A stretch of DNA of 64,000 nucleotides, taken from Acidobacteriota bacterium. Its GTDB lineage: Bacteria > Acidobacteriota > Terriglobia > Terriglobales > Acidobacteriaceae. Below the pieces are notes generated by a model. The model did no database searches. It saw only the letters and a program-made list of their open reading frames with translations, and was not told where the DNA came from. Below, piece after piece: positions 41,847 through 50,591 of the stretch. The first letter of the stretch is position 1, and the number at the start of each line of letters is the position of its first letter. The stretch is from contig JAJZME010000067.1 in the NCBI GenBank assembly GCA_021803035.1, positions 14,236 to 78,235 of the forward strand, written 5' to 3'. The position numbers were made by a program, and so were the translations under genes.

Positions 41847-42139
41847 GCCCTGATCCGAACAGCGAAACACATTGAATGCCGGGCGGCGCGCCTCCCGACC
41901 CGCCCAAAACCCAAAGGACTGGCCATTATACCTGCACGCGTGCAAGTCTATGGCAGCAAAAGCTCTGCGCGCAGAGAGGGCCTTTTCCCGGGTTGAAACA
42001 TTTCCCGCAAGCTTCACAAAAGCGCCGCCCAGCGGTAACATAGCGCCAGTATCGCGTCCTCTGCGGGCACCTCGTGCAATTCCCCTCGCAGCAGCGATGC
42101 GTTCCCCTGCTACACTCATCAAAAACCGGAGATTCGGTC

Positions 42140-42772
42140 ATGTCGGAGATGGATGATCAGAAGGTAGACGACGGCACGTCGAATGCGATCACCAGGCGCA
42201 AATTCATCATGGGCGTAATCGCGGGTGGAGCAGTGGTGGGTGCGGCGAGTTATCACTTTCTGTCCCCGAGCCATGCCCCGCTGCCGCCGTACTTGGGCGA
42301 GCGCCTCATCAGTCTCAACGTCAACGGTAAGGTAAGGCGCGTCGACGTGATGAAGCAGGAGACGCTGGCCTCGACGCTGCGCTACAAGCTGGGCCTGACC
42401 GGCGCCAAGATGGGCTGCGATCGCGCCGAATGCGGCTCATGCACGGTGCTGCTCGACGGCGTGCCCTACTATAGTTGCTCCGTGCTGACGCACACCGTGC
42501 GCGGGCGCAAGATCACCACCATCGAAGGCCTTGCGGCCCCTGACGGCACGCTGCATCCGCTGCAGAAGGCCATTGTGGACGAGCAGGGATTCCAGTGCGC
42601 CTTTTGCATGTCGGGATTCACCCTGGCTGCCCTGGCCTTCCTGAAGAAGCATCCCAACCCCACGCGAGCGGAGCTGGCGCACGGCGTCTCAGGCAACTTA
42701 TGCCGCTGCCAGGACTACAACAAGATCCTCGACGCGCTGACGCGCGGTGCCGAGTACATGAGGAGGGCCTGA
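42140..42772 (+). CDS. Xanthine-dehydrogenase-family [2Fe-2S] small subunit with Tat signal (PaoA/YagT-like)
   Basis: Start trimmed to the ATG at 42140. Tat motif TRRKFIMGVIAGGAVVGAA. Cys clusters GCDRAECGSCTV and CAFCMSG...CRC. Confidence 0.85.
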   Translation: MSEMDDQKVDDGTSNAITRRKFIMGVIAGGAVVGAASYHFLSPSHAPLPPYLGERLISLNVNGKVRRVDVMKQETLASTLRYKLGLTGAKMGCDRAECGSCTVLLDGVPYYSCSVLTHTVRGRKITTIEGLAAPDGTLHPLQKAIVDEQGFQCAFCMSGFTLAALAFLKKHPNPTRAELAHGVSGNLCRCQDYNKILDALTRGAEYMRRA

Positions 42773-42774
42773 TC

Positions 42775-45309
42775 ATGGCGGAGATGACGCCTGCTGAGTT
42801 GTTGAAGGCCGAGAACGAAAAGCCGCTTCCCTTCGGCGACGGCTACCGGCTGATCGGAAAGAACTACCCCACCAACGACCTGATGGCCAAGGTCACCGGC
42901 AAAGCCAAATATGCCGAGGACTTTCGCGCCGAAGGCATGTTGTTCTGCCGGCTCGTGCTCAGTCCCATGCCGCATGCGCGCGTCAAGCGCATCAACGCAG
43001 AGAAAGCGCTGGCCATGCCCGGCATAAGAGGCATCCTGACGCCCCAGGAGATTCCCGGCGCGGCCAATTACATGAACGACAACGGCGTCATGATCAAGGT
43101 GAACCCGTGGGCCGAGCGCGCGCTGACCGACCAGCCGATGTACCAGGGCGACCCCATCCTTGCCGTCGCGGGCATTGACGAGCTCTCCGTGGCCAACGCC
43201 ATCGAGCAGATCGAGATCGACATGGAGCCGCTGCCGTTTGTCACCGATCCGCTGGAAGCGATGCGCCCCGGCAGCCCCAATCCGCGATCGGAAGGCAATG
43301 TGTGGGTGAGACCGAAGAACCATCCCGGACCGATGCAGCTCGCCAATCTTAAGTGGACGCAGAAGGATTTTGACTGCTACAAGGAGGGCCGTCTGCCCGA
43401 GGGGCAGGCTCCGGACGAGTGGTCGTATGGCGATCTCGACGCGGGCTTCAGGAACGCCGCGCTGGTGCTCGACGAAACCTTCATCACGCCCGACACCAGC
43501 CACCAGTGCCTGGAACCGCGGAGCACGATGGCTTACTGGCAGAATGGCAAGCTTTACCTCTACACCGGAACCCAGAGCACATTTCAGACCGTGCCCGCCA
43601 TTGCCCGCTGGATGCACATGGACGAGGACAAAATCGTCTTCATCAGCGAATACACGGGCGGCGGATTTGGCAGCAAGATTACCGGCGCAATTACCATGAT
43701 CGTCCCCGCGCTGCTGTCAAAGAAGCTCAACGCACCGGTGATGATGCGCGTCAGCCGCCGCGAGGAGCACTTCATCGGGCGGGCGCGGCCGAGCGTGGAG
43801 GGCCGCGTCAAGATCGGCTTTGCCAAAGACGGCCGCATTACCGCGCTCGACATGTTCACCATCTGCGACAGCGGCGCCTATGGCGCACAGGGCGACGGCG
43901 CTTCCGCGGGGAGCATCGTTTCGCTGCTCTATCAGCCGCCAGCCATGCGCTGGCGTGGCGTGAACGTAATGACCAATACGCCGCCCCGCAGTGCGCAAAG
44001 CGCGCCGGGTGGCTTGCAAGGAATCGCGATTCTGGAGCCGATCCTGTCGAAGGCCGCGCGCAAACTCAGCCTCGATCAGGTTGCCCTGCGCCGCGCCAAT
44101 TGCCCGGAGGGCCCGGTGGAATACGGGCCTGTGAATGAACGCACCGGCAAGCGCGCGCACGTTACAAGCTGCTTTCTGAAGCAGGCGCTGGATATGGGCG
44201 TCAAGTCGTTCCGCTGGAATGAGCGGGTTGCGAGCAAGCCCAAACGGATTGGCAGCAAGGTGCGTGGCCTGGGCGTATCGCTCAGCGTATTCCACGGAGG
44301 CAGCATCGGCTTCGATGGGCTGATCGTCATCACGCCGCAGGGCCGTGTGCAGATCCATTCCGGCATCGGCAACCTGGGCACCGAAGCGGTGATCGACGTG
44401 CATCGCGCCGCGGCCGAGGTGCTGAACGTGAAGTGGGACGCATGCGACATCATCTGGGGCAACACGGCAAAGCACATGCCCTACACCTGCGCCTCGGGTG
44501 GCAGCCAGACGACGCATGCCATGACGCGCGCGGCGCACGCGGTGGCCGTGGAGTGTGTGAAGAGGCTCAAGGAGGTTGCGGCCAAATCCCTGGGCGGCCA
44601 ACCGGATGAATACGAGGTGGCCAATCTGCGCGTCTTCCGCAGAGGCGGCGGCGCGGCAATGAGCTTCGCGGAGGCGGCACAGTACGCGATCAAACTGGGC
44701 GGCATCTACGACGGCCACGCCGTGAATCCGGAGGTAAATCCGGCAACGAAAAAATCGGTGGCCGCGCTGGCCGGTCAGGGCCTGGTGGCGTCGGCGCGCG
44801 ACGATTACCCGCACAATGGCGATTCCTATTCCTTCCTGGCCTGCTTTGCCGAGATCGAGGCCGACGTTGAAACCGGTAAGTACTACATCGTGGATTACCA
44901 GGCTTACGCCGATGTGGGGACGGTGGTTCATCCGGCTGCGCTGGGCGGTCAGATTCTCGGCCGCTCGACTCTAGGCATCGGCCACGCCATCAGCCAGGAT
45001 TGGGTCATCGACCCGCAATACGGCGTCACGCTGGCCGAGCGGTTCTACGAAAACAGGCCACCGACCATTCTGGATGTGCCGGTCGACATGAAGTGGAACG
45101 CGGTGAACATTCCCGATCCGCAGACGCCGGTGGGCGCGCGCGGCTGCGGCGAACCGCCGGTGGGCGGCGGATGCGCGTCGATCCTGAACGCACTTTCGGA
45201 CGCGCTCGGCGACAACATCTTCCAGCGCGCCCCGGTGAAATGCGACACCATCCTGACGTCCTATGAAGCAGGGCGCCCGATGCAGGAGCCTCTGGTAGCC
45301 AACATCTGA
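42775..45309 (+). CDS. Xanthine-dehydrogenase-family molybdopterin-binding large subunit (PaoC-like)
   Basis: The ATG at 42775 lies 2 nt after the small-subunit stop, giving 844 aa. It has an Ald_Xan_dh-type layout (GKAKYAEDF, YTGGGFGSK, GCGEPPVGG). Confidence 0.88.
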   Translation: MAEMTPAELLKAENEKPLPFGDGYRLIGKNYPTNDLMAKVTGKAKYAEDFRAEGMLFCRLVLSPMPHARVKRINAEKALAMPGIRGILTPQEIPGAANYMNDNGVMIKVNPWAERALTDQPMYQGDPILAVAGIDELSVANAIEQIEIDMEPLPFVTDPLEAMRPGSPNPRSEGNVWVRPKNHPGPMQLANLKWTQKDFDCYKEGRLPEGQAPDEWSYGDLDAGFRNAALVLDETFITPDTSHQCLEPRSTMAYWQNGKLYLYTGTQSTFQTVPAIARWMHMDEDKIVFISEYTGGGFGSKITGAITMIVPALLSKKLNAPVMMRVSRREEHFIGRARPSVEGRVKIGFAKDGRITALDMFTICDSGAYGAQGDGASAGSIVSLLYQPPAMRWRGVNVMTNTPPRSAQSAPGGLQGIAILEPILSKAARKLSLDQVALRRANCPEGPVEYGPVNERTGKRAHVTSCFLKQALDMGVKSFRWNERVASKPKRIGSKVRGLGVSLSVFHGGSIGFDGLIVITPQGRVQIHSGIGNLGTEAVIDVHRAAAEVLNVKWDACDIIWGNTAKHMPYTCASGGSQTTHAMTRAAHAVAVECVKRLKEVAAKSLGGQPDEYEVANLRVFRRGGGAAMSFAEAAQYAIKLGGIYDGHAVNPEVNPATKKSVAALAGQGLVASARDDYPHNGDSYSFLACFAEIEADVETGKYYIVDYQAYADVGTVVHPAALGGQILGRSTLGIGHAISQDWVIDPQYGVTLAERFYENRPPTILDVPVDMKWNAVNIPDPQTPVGARGCGEPPVGGGCASILNALSDALGDNIFQRAPVKCDTILTSYEAGRPMQEPLVANI

Positions 45310-45333
45310 TCGCGACGGGAGACGGAGAGAGCT

Positions 45334-46359
45334 ATGGCGGTAACTATGGCGGTAATTCGAGATGTAATGCCCGCTTTTGACCTGCTTCAGCCCACCACGG
45401 CGGCGGACGCGCAAAAGCTGCTGGAGAAATATCGCGGAGAGGCCTGGGCGCTGGCCGGCGGAATGGACAGCTTCGACTGGCTCAAAGACCGGCTCAGGAA
45501 ACCGCGGGTGGTGGTGGACCTGAGTGGCATCGACGAGCTCAAGGGAATTCGCGCCACGAGCGACGGCGTCGAAATCGGCGCCCTGACCACGCTGACCGAA
45601 GTTGGCGCTCATCCACTGATCAGGAAGGACTACAGTCTGCTGTCGGACGCGGTTGAGCATGTGGCCTCGCCGCAGATTCGCAACCAGGGTACGCTGGGCG
45701 GCAATGTCTCGCAGGACGTGCGCTGCTGGTATTACCGCGGCGGCTGGCCCTGCTACCGCGCCGGCGGCGAAACCTGCTTTGCCGACACGCCCGTGGGCCG
45801 CAACCGCGAGCACGCCATCTTCGGCGCCGACCGCTGCGTGGCCGTGCATCCCTCCGACTCCGCGCCCGCCCTGATTGCGCTGGACGCCAAGTTCGTGATC
45901 CGCTCGTCGAAAGGCGAACGCGTTGTGGATGCGGAAGACTACTTCATCGGCCCCAATGTCGAGATCACCCGCATCAACATTCTCCAGCCCGGCGACCTGC
46001 TGACGTCCATCCGCATCCCGTCGTCGTGGGCCGGAGCCAGGTTCTACTTCGAAAAGATCCGCGACCGCAACGTGTGGGATTTCCCGCTGATGAACGTGGC
46101 TTCGGCCATGGTGCTCAACGGCAACACCATTCAGCGCATGCGCATTGTTGTCAACGCCGCCGCGCCGACACCCATGCGCCTGAAGGCCGTGGAAGCCGCC
46201 GTGGCAGGCAAGCCGGCCAATGCGGAAACCGGCGAAATGGCGGGCAATATGGCGGTCAAGGGCGCGGTTCCCCTGCAGTTCAACGCGTACAAGATTCCCC
46301 TCATGCGTAATCTCGTCAAACGCGCCATCGTCGGCGCGCAGGAGGCATCATGGGCTTAA
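45334..46359 (+). CDS. Xanthine-dehydrogenase-family FAD-binding medium subunit (PaoB/CoxM-like)
   Basis: AGGMDSFDWLK, ASPQIRNQGTLGGNV and HPSDSAPAL motifs of the FAD_binding_5/CO_deh_flav_C fold. GGAGAGAG lies upstream. Confidence 0.85.
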   Translation: MAVTMAVIRDVMPAFDLLQPTTAADAQKLLEKYRGEAWALAGGMDSFDWLKDRLRKPRVVVDLSGIDELKGIRATSDGVEIGALTTLTEVGAHPLIRKDYSLLSDAVEHVASPQIRNQGTLGGNVSQDVRCWYYRGGWPCYRAGGETCFADTPVGRNREHAIFGADRCVAVHPSDSAPALIALDAKFVIRSSKGERVVDAEDYFIGPNVEITRINILQPGDLLTSIRIPSSWAGARFYFEKIRDRNVWDFPLMNVASAMVLNGNTIQRMRIVVNAAAPTPMRLKAVEAAVAGKPANAETGEMAGNMAVKGAVPLQFNAYKIPLMRNLVKRAIVGAQEASWA

Positions 46360-47213
46360 TCAAGTGGACGACCAGTCCCTGGGGCCAGTTGATCCCCGAA
46401 CACGTGGCGTGGTATCTGATCTGGGTCGCGATCATCGCCGGCTTCTGCTTCATGATCGTGCATGCCCTCTATATCCGCGCGTTTTCGCCGCGCAAGGTGT
46501 TTGCCAAGAACGAGGCACCGGTTGCGCCCGAGCAGGTCCCCGAGCGCGTTCCGCGGCACTCGCTGGCCGCGCGCATCTTTCACTGGGTGATGGCCGCGGC
46601 CATGTTCACACTGCTCTTCACCGCCTTTCTGCCCAAACTGGGCGTCCATTTCAACTGGATCCTTTATCACTGGATCGCCGGTGTGGTGCTGACCATCTCC
46701 ATCGTCTTTCACGTCATTCACTCTTCGTTTTTCCAGGACGCGGGATCGATCTGGCCTGACAAAACCGACATCCGCGACGCCTTCAGGCGATTGCTGCGCT
46801 TTACCGGCAAGCCCGCGCCGCCGCCCACGCGCTTCGCCAAGTATCCGCTGGAAAACAAGTTTTACCATCTCTGCATCGTGCTCGCCGGCCTGGCCGTCAT
46901 CGGCACCGGGGTGTTCATGCTCAAGCGCATCAACACTCCGTTCTTCACGCGCAATCCGTATGTCTTCAGTGACATGACTTGGGGGCTGATGTACGTGTTG
47001 CACGGGCTGGCCGGCATCGCGCTGATCGCGCTGGTCATCGTGCATGTCTACATGGGACTGCGGCCGGAAAAAATGCCCATCACCAAGTCCATGATCTTCG
47101 GCTGGATGAGCCGCGACTTCTACCTTGAAGAGCACGATCCCAAGCGCTGGGCCATCAAGCAATCGAAACAATCTCAAAAGAAACGGGGCTTGGCCGCAAG
47201 CGATGCCGACTGA
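46350..47213 (+). CDS. Membrane di-haem cytochrome b (FdnI / Ni-Fe-hydrogenase b-type cytochrome-like)
   Basis: Five predicted TM helices with conserved His (RIFHWVMA, LYHWIAG, FHVIH, YVLHGLAG, VHVYMG). GGAGG lies upstream. The start overlaps the FAD-subunit stop by 10 nt. Confidence 0.7.
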   Translation: MGLIKWTTSPWGQLIPEHVAWYLIWVAIIAGFCFMIVHALYIRAFSPRKVFAKNEAPVAPEQVPERVPRHSLAARIFHWVMAAAMFTLLFTAFLPKLGVHFNWILYHWIAGVVLTISIVFHVIHSSFFQDAGSIWPDKTDIRDAFRRLLRFTGKPAPPPTRFAKYPLENKFYHLCIVLAGLAVIGTGVFMLKRINTPFFTRNPYVFSDMTWGLMYVLHGLAGIALIALVIVHVYMGLRPEKMPITKSMIFGWMSRDFYLEEHDPKRWAIKQSKQSQKKRGLAASDAD

Positions 47214-47643
47214 AATCGAACTGCGCTGCGAAACAATCGAGGAGTGCTACGAGTTCACGCTTTCTTATGCCGCGCGCGGACTTTCAACCAGCGAGGAGAG
47301 CGACGCCGGCCGGCAGATTCGTTATCACCTGAGCCGCGCCGTCGAAGCAATGGCCGATCTGAAGGCCTGCTGCGCCGCGGCCATCGGCAAGGAGGGGCTT
47401 GCGCCGCGCGAAAAGTACGAGGCCTTCTTCGCGGTGCTGGCACGCGACGCGCAAAGCTCCATCGCGGCCATCGAACTGGTCCTGGCGCAGCCAGTCATCA
47501 GCTCGCAGTTGATTGACAATCTGAATGCCTGCATCCACCTTCGCGCCCTGCTCACCGACCTGTTTCTGGTCACCGAGATGCTGCAACTGCGCCAGGTGCA
47601 GGCCAGTGCGCTGGCTGCGACAGACGCCCCGGTTTCCGATTGA
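47203..47643 (+). CDS. Hypothetical all-helical protein
   Basis: 146-aa ORF from the ATG at 47203, overlapping the cytochrome b stop by 11 nt. No family was recognised. Coding is supported only by context and codon usage. Confidence 0.45.
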   Translation: MPTEIELRCETIEECYEFTLSYAARGLSTSEESDAGRQIRYHLSRAVEAMADLKACCAAAIGKEGLAPREKYEAFFAVLARDAQSSIAAIELVLAQPVISSQLIDNLNACIHLRALLTDLFLVTEMLQLRQVQASALAATDAPVSD

Positions 47644-47669
47644 CCGGCGCGAGGGCATAGGTGGCCGGA

Positions 47670-48035
47670 ATGTACTCCCCGCAAGTCCTCGATCACTTCG
47701 AGCACCCGCGCAACAGCGGATCGATTGCCGAGCCGGACGCGTCCGTTCAGCTTCAAAATCCCGCCTGCGGCGACGTGCTCAAACTGACGTTGAAGCTTGC
47801 CGGCGGCCGCATTCAAGACATTCGCTTTCTTGCCAAAGGATGCGTTCCCTCCATCGCCTGCGCCTCGGCGCTCACCGAGCTGGTCCGCGGCAAATCGCCC
47901 GCCGCCGCGCGAGAGATCGGCAAAGAGCAGTTGATGAGCGCCGTGGGCGGGCTGCCTTCGGCGTCGCGGCACGCGAGCCATTTGGCGATTGATGCGCTGG
48001 ACGCGCTGCTCAACCAGCTTGCAGCCAAGATCTAA
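47670..48035 (+). CDS. IscU/NifU-N-terminal-like Fe-S scaffold protein (divergent)
   Basis: MYSPQVLDHFEHPRN.G........NPACGDVL.L.L.......I.DI.F...GC..SIA.AS is the IscU/SufU pattern. The usual third Cys (H-C) reads H-A here. Confidence 0.75.
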   Translation: MYSPQVLDHFEHPRNSGSIAEPDASVQLQNPACGDVLKLTLKLAGGRIQDIRFLAKGCVPSIACASALTELVRGKSPAAAREIGKEQLMSAVGGLPSASRHASHLAIDALDALLNQLAAKI

Positions 48036-48682
48036 GAGCGAATGCGGGCCGCGCCTGACAGCGCCGTATACTGCTCCGGCGTATTCAGGTCCACGCTCAA
48101 CAGCGGCTCGTCGACCGGCACATATTGAATCGCCTGCTCGTGCGCATGTTTCACTTGGCGCGCATTGTCTGTTATCGGCGCACTCAAAAATGCGTCGATG
48201 AGTTCCCGGCCCGCCACGAGCGGATGCCCGTGCCGTCCGTTGTATTCCGGCTCTACAGCCCAAAAGCCCGCCGCCAACAACTGCTCGAACTGCTGGCGCA
48301 GCCGCTCCAGCGTGGCTGCGCGCAGTGGCGGACAATCGACCGGCGTAATCATCGCGGCGTCGCAGCCGCGCATCAGCGCTTCGCGCAAGCCCACCTGAAG
48401 CGAGCTGAACTGCCCGCGCTCCGGATCGGGATTCACAGCCAGCAACGCGCCGCAAGCGGAAACAACGGAAGCCAGTTCGCGCGCATTCTTGCCCGCCACG
48501 ACAATCACCGCCGCTGTGACCGGCTTAAGCGCCGCAATCGCCGCTGCAAGCAATGTTTGCCGCGGCGCAGCATCGCTCGCCGGTCTGCCCGGCGGCCAGG
48601 GGAGCAGAGCTTTGTCCGTGCCCATGCGGCTCGACTGGCCGGCCGCAAGAATCACCCCGCAAAGCAAGTTAAGTTCTGTCAT
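48032..48682 (-). CDS. mocA: Molybdenum cofactor cytidylyltransferase (MocA/MobA-like nucleotidyltransferase)
   Basis: Start trimmed to the ATG at 48682. CGVILAAGQSSRMGTDKALLPW is the MobA/MocA N-terminal signature. Confidence 0.75.
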   Translation of the reverse strand: MTELNLLCGVILAAGQSSRMGTDKALLPWPPGRPASDAAPRQTLLAAAIAALKPVTAAVIVVAGKNARELASVVSACGALLAVNPDPERGQFSSLQVGLREALMRGCDAAMITPVDCPPLRAATLERLRQQFEQLLAAGFWAVEPEYNGRHGHPLVAGRELIDAFLSAPITDNARQVKHAHEQAIQYVPVDEPLLSVDLNTPEQYTALSGAARIRS

Positions 48683-48712
48683 AAGTAATGGCAACAGCAC
48701 TGCGGCAAGCAC

Positions 48713-49606
48713 TTAGCCAAGCGCCGAAGCTTCGTCGCAATACGCTGCGCCGAGACGGGCCGCTTTTCCCTCCGCGGCTTCGTCGCCGCTCATCTGCCTG
48801 CCCCTCTGGAACCAGCTCATGTGCGGCAATGCGCGCTCAACGCCGCGGCGGACGGCGATGATCTCCGCCATAATGGAAACAGCAATTTCCTCCGGAGTAA
48901 CAGCGCCAATATCCAAACCCACCGGCGAATACACGCGATCGAAAAGCTCCGGCTTCATGCCTTCCGCCTGCAGCGCACGGTAAATGGTGATTGCCTTTCG
49001 CATGGAGCCGACCATGCCGATATAGCGAGCCTTTGTCTGCACCGCCCGGCGCAGCACGCGCATATCGTCGCGATGGCCGCGCGTAACAATCACAACAAAG
49101 GACGACTCGCCGGGCGACAGCGCCTCCACGGCGCGGTCGAAATCCTCGGCAAGCACCTCGCGCGCATCCGGAAACCTCTCCCGGTTCGCATAGGTGTCGC
49201 GGTCGTCGGCCACAATCACGTCAAAGCCCGCGCGCCTGGCCGCCTCGTAAAGCGCCAGGGCCACATGGCCGGCGCCGAAGATATAGAGCAGCGCCGGCGG
49301 CAGCACCGGCTCGATGAAGATCTCCAGCGTGCCGCCGCACACCAGCCCCGTGTCGTACTTCGGATCCTGATTGAGATCGAAGGTCAGCGTGCGGGGCTTT
49401 TCGCTGGCGATGACTTCGCGCGCCGCCTGCCATACCTCGGCCTCGACGCAACCCCCTCCGATCGTGCCGGCAATGGAGCCGTCGTCGCGCACCAGCATCT
49501 TGGCGCTCTTGAATGAGGGGATGGAGCCGCGCACGTTGACGATGGTGGCCACAGCGCCCCTGTGGCCAGCCCGCTGCAACTTCACGATCTCCTCGTAGAT
49601 CTCCAT
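48713..49606 (-). CDS. xdhC: XdhC/CoxI/PaoD-family molybdoenzyme maturation chaperone
   Basis: ATIVNVRGS.P......MLV..DGSI.GTIGGGC.E and the Rossmann-like LYIFGAGHVA motif. Confidence 0.85.
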   Translation of the reverse strand: MEIYEEIVKLQRAGHRGAVATIVNVRGSIPSFKSAKMLVRDDGSIAGTIGGGCVEAEVWQAAREVIASEKPRTLTFDLNQDPKYDTGLVCGGTLEIFIEPVLPPALLYIFGAGHVALALYEAARRAGFDVIVADDRDTYANRERFPDAREVLAEDFDRAVEALSPGESSFVVIVTRGHRDDMRVLRRAVQTKARYIGMVGSMRKAITIYRALQAEGMKPELFDRVYSPVGLDIGAVTPEEIAVSIMAEIIAVRRGVERALPHMSWFQRGRQMSGDEAAEGKAARLGAAYCDEASALG

Positions 49607-49667
49607 CTGTAGCGATTATTGGAGCCGCCGCAAAGTAAGTCAAACCATCGCCAGCCCGATAAGAGCG

Positions 49668-50561
49668 CTACGAAGGCTTCCTGACTTCCACGTGCGACGG
49701 CCCTTCAACAAAGGTGGCGATGGCCGAATGATCGAACTCGCCCTTGCCTTCGCCCATCAGCGAAAGCACCATCTGCTGCACCAGCGCGGTCATAGGCAAG
49801 AACATCCGGTTGGCTTCGGCGGTCTGCAGCGCATTGCGTAAATCCTTCTGGTGGAGCTGAACCTTAAAACCGGGCTTGAAGTTGCGCGCAATCAGCATCG
49901 GCCCTTTGGCGTTGAGCACGGCGCTGCCGGCCAGCCCGCCCTTGACCGCGTTGAACACCACTTCCGGATCGAGCCCGCAGCGCGTAGCCAGCGACAGCGC
50001 CTCACCCACGGCGGCAATGTTGCACGCAACCATGATCTGGTTCGCAAGCTTGGTTGTGTTGCCTGCACCCACCGGACCAGTAAGCGTCACGCTCGACCCC
50101 ATGCACTTGAGCAGCGGCTCGGCCTTGGCGAATGCTTCCTTGCTTGCGCCCACCATGATCGCCAGCGTTCCGTCGACGGCCTTGGGCTCGCCGCCGCTGA
50201 CGGGAGCGTCGACAAAATCCACCTGCTTCGCCGCGCAGGCTGCGGCGATCTTCTGCGAAACCAGCGGATTGATGGAGCTCATATCGACGATCATTGCGCC
50301 CGCCCTGCAGCCTTCCAGAATTCCGCCCGCGCCCAGCACCACCGCTTCCACCTCGGGCCCGTCGGGCAGCATGGTAAAGATGATGTCGGCGCGCTCGCCT
50401 ACCTCGCGATTGGACGCAGCGCGCTGGGCGCCGCCGGCCGCGCAGACATCCAGCGTCTGCGCATTGCGCGTATAGGCGACCACCTTGTGGCCGGCCTTCA
50501 ACAGATTATTGAGCATCGGGCGGCCCATGATGCCCAGGCCCACGAATCCCAGTGTTGCCAT
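49668..50561 (-). CDS. garR: 2-hydroxy-3-oxopropionate (tartronate semialdehyde) reductase-like NAD(P) oxidoreductase
   Basis: LGFVGLGIMGRPM..NLLKAGH.V and the 6-phosphogluconate-dehydrogenase-like fold motifs GAGNTTKLANQ. The context next to an aldolase supports a GarR role. Confidence 0.75.
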   Translation of the reverse strand: MATLGFVGLGIMGRPMLNNLLKAGHKVVAYTRNAQTLDVCAAGGAQRAASNREVGERADIIFTMLPDGPEVEAVVLGAGGILEGCRAGAMIVDMSSINPLVSQKIAAACAAKQVDFVDAPVSGGEPKAVDGTLAIMVGASKEAFAKAEPLLKCMGSSVTLTGPVGAGNTTKLANQIMVACNIAAVGEALSLATRCGLDPEVVFNAVKGGLAGSAVLNAKGPMLIARNFKPGFKVQLHQKDLRNALQTAEANRMFLPMTALVQQMVLSLMGEGKGEFDHSAIATFVEGPSHVEVRKPS

Positions 50562-50591
50562 ATTGCCTCTCTCCCGCGCAGTAGCGCTGTT

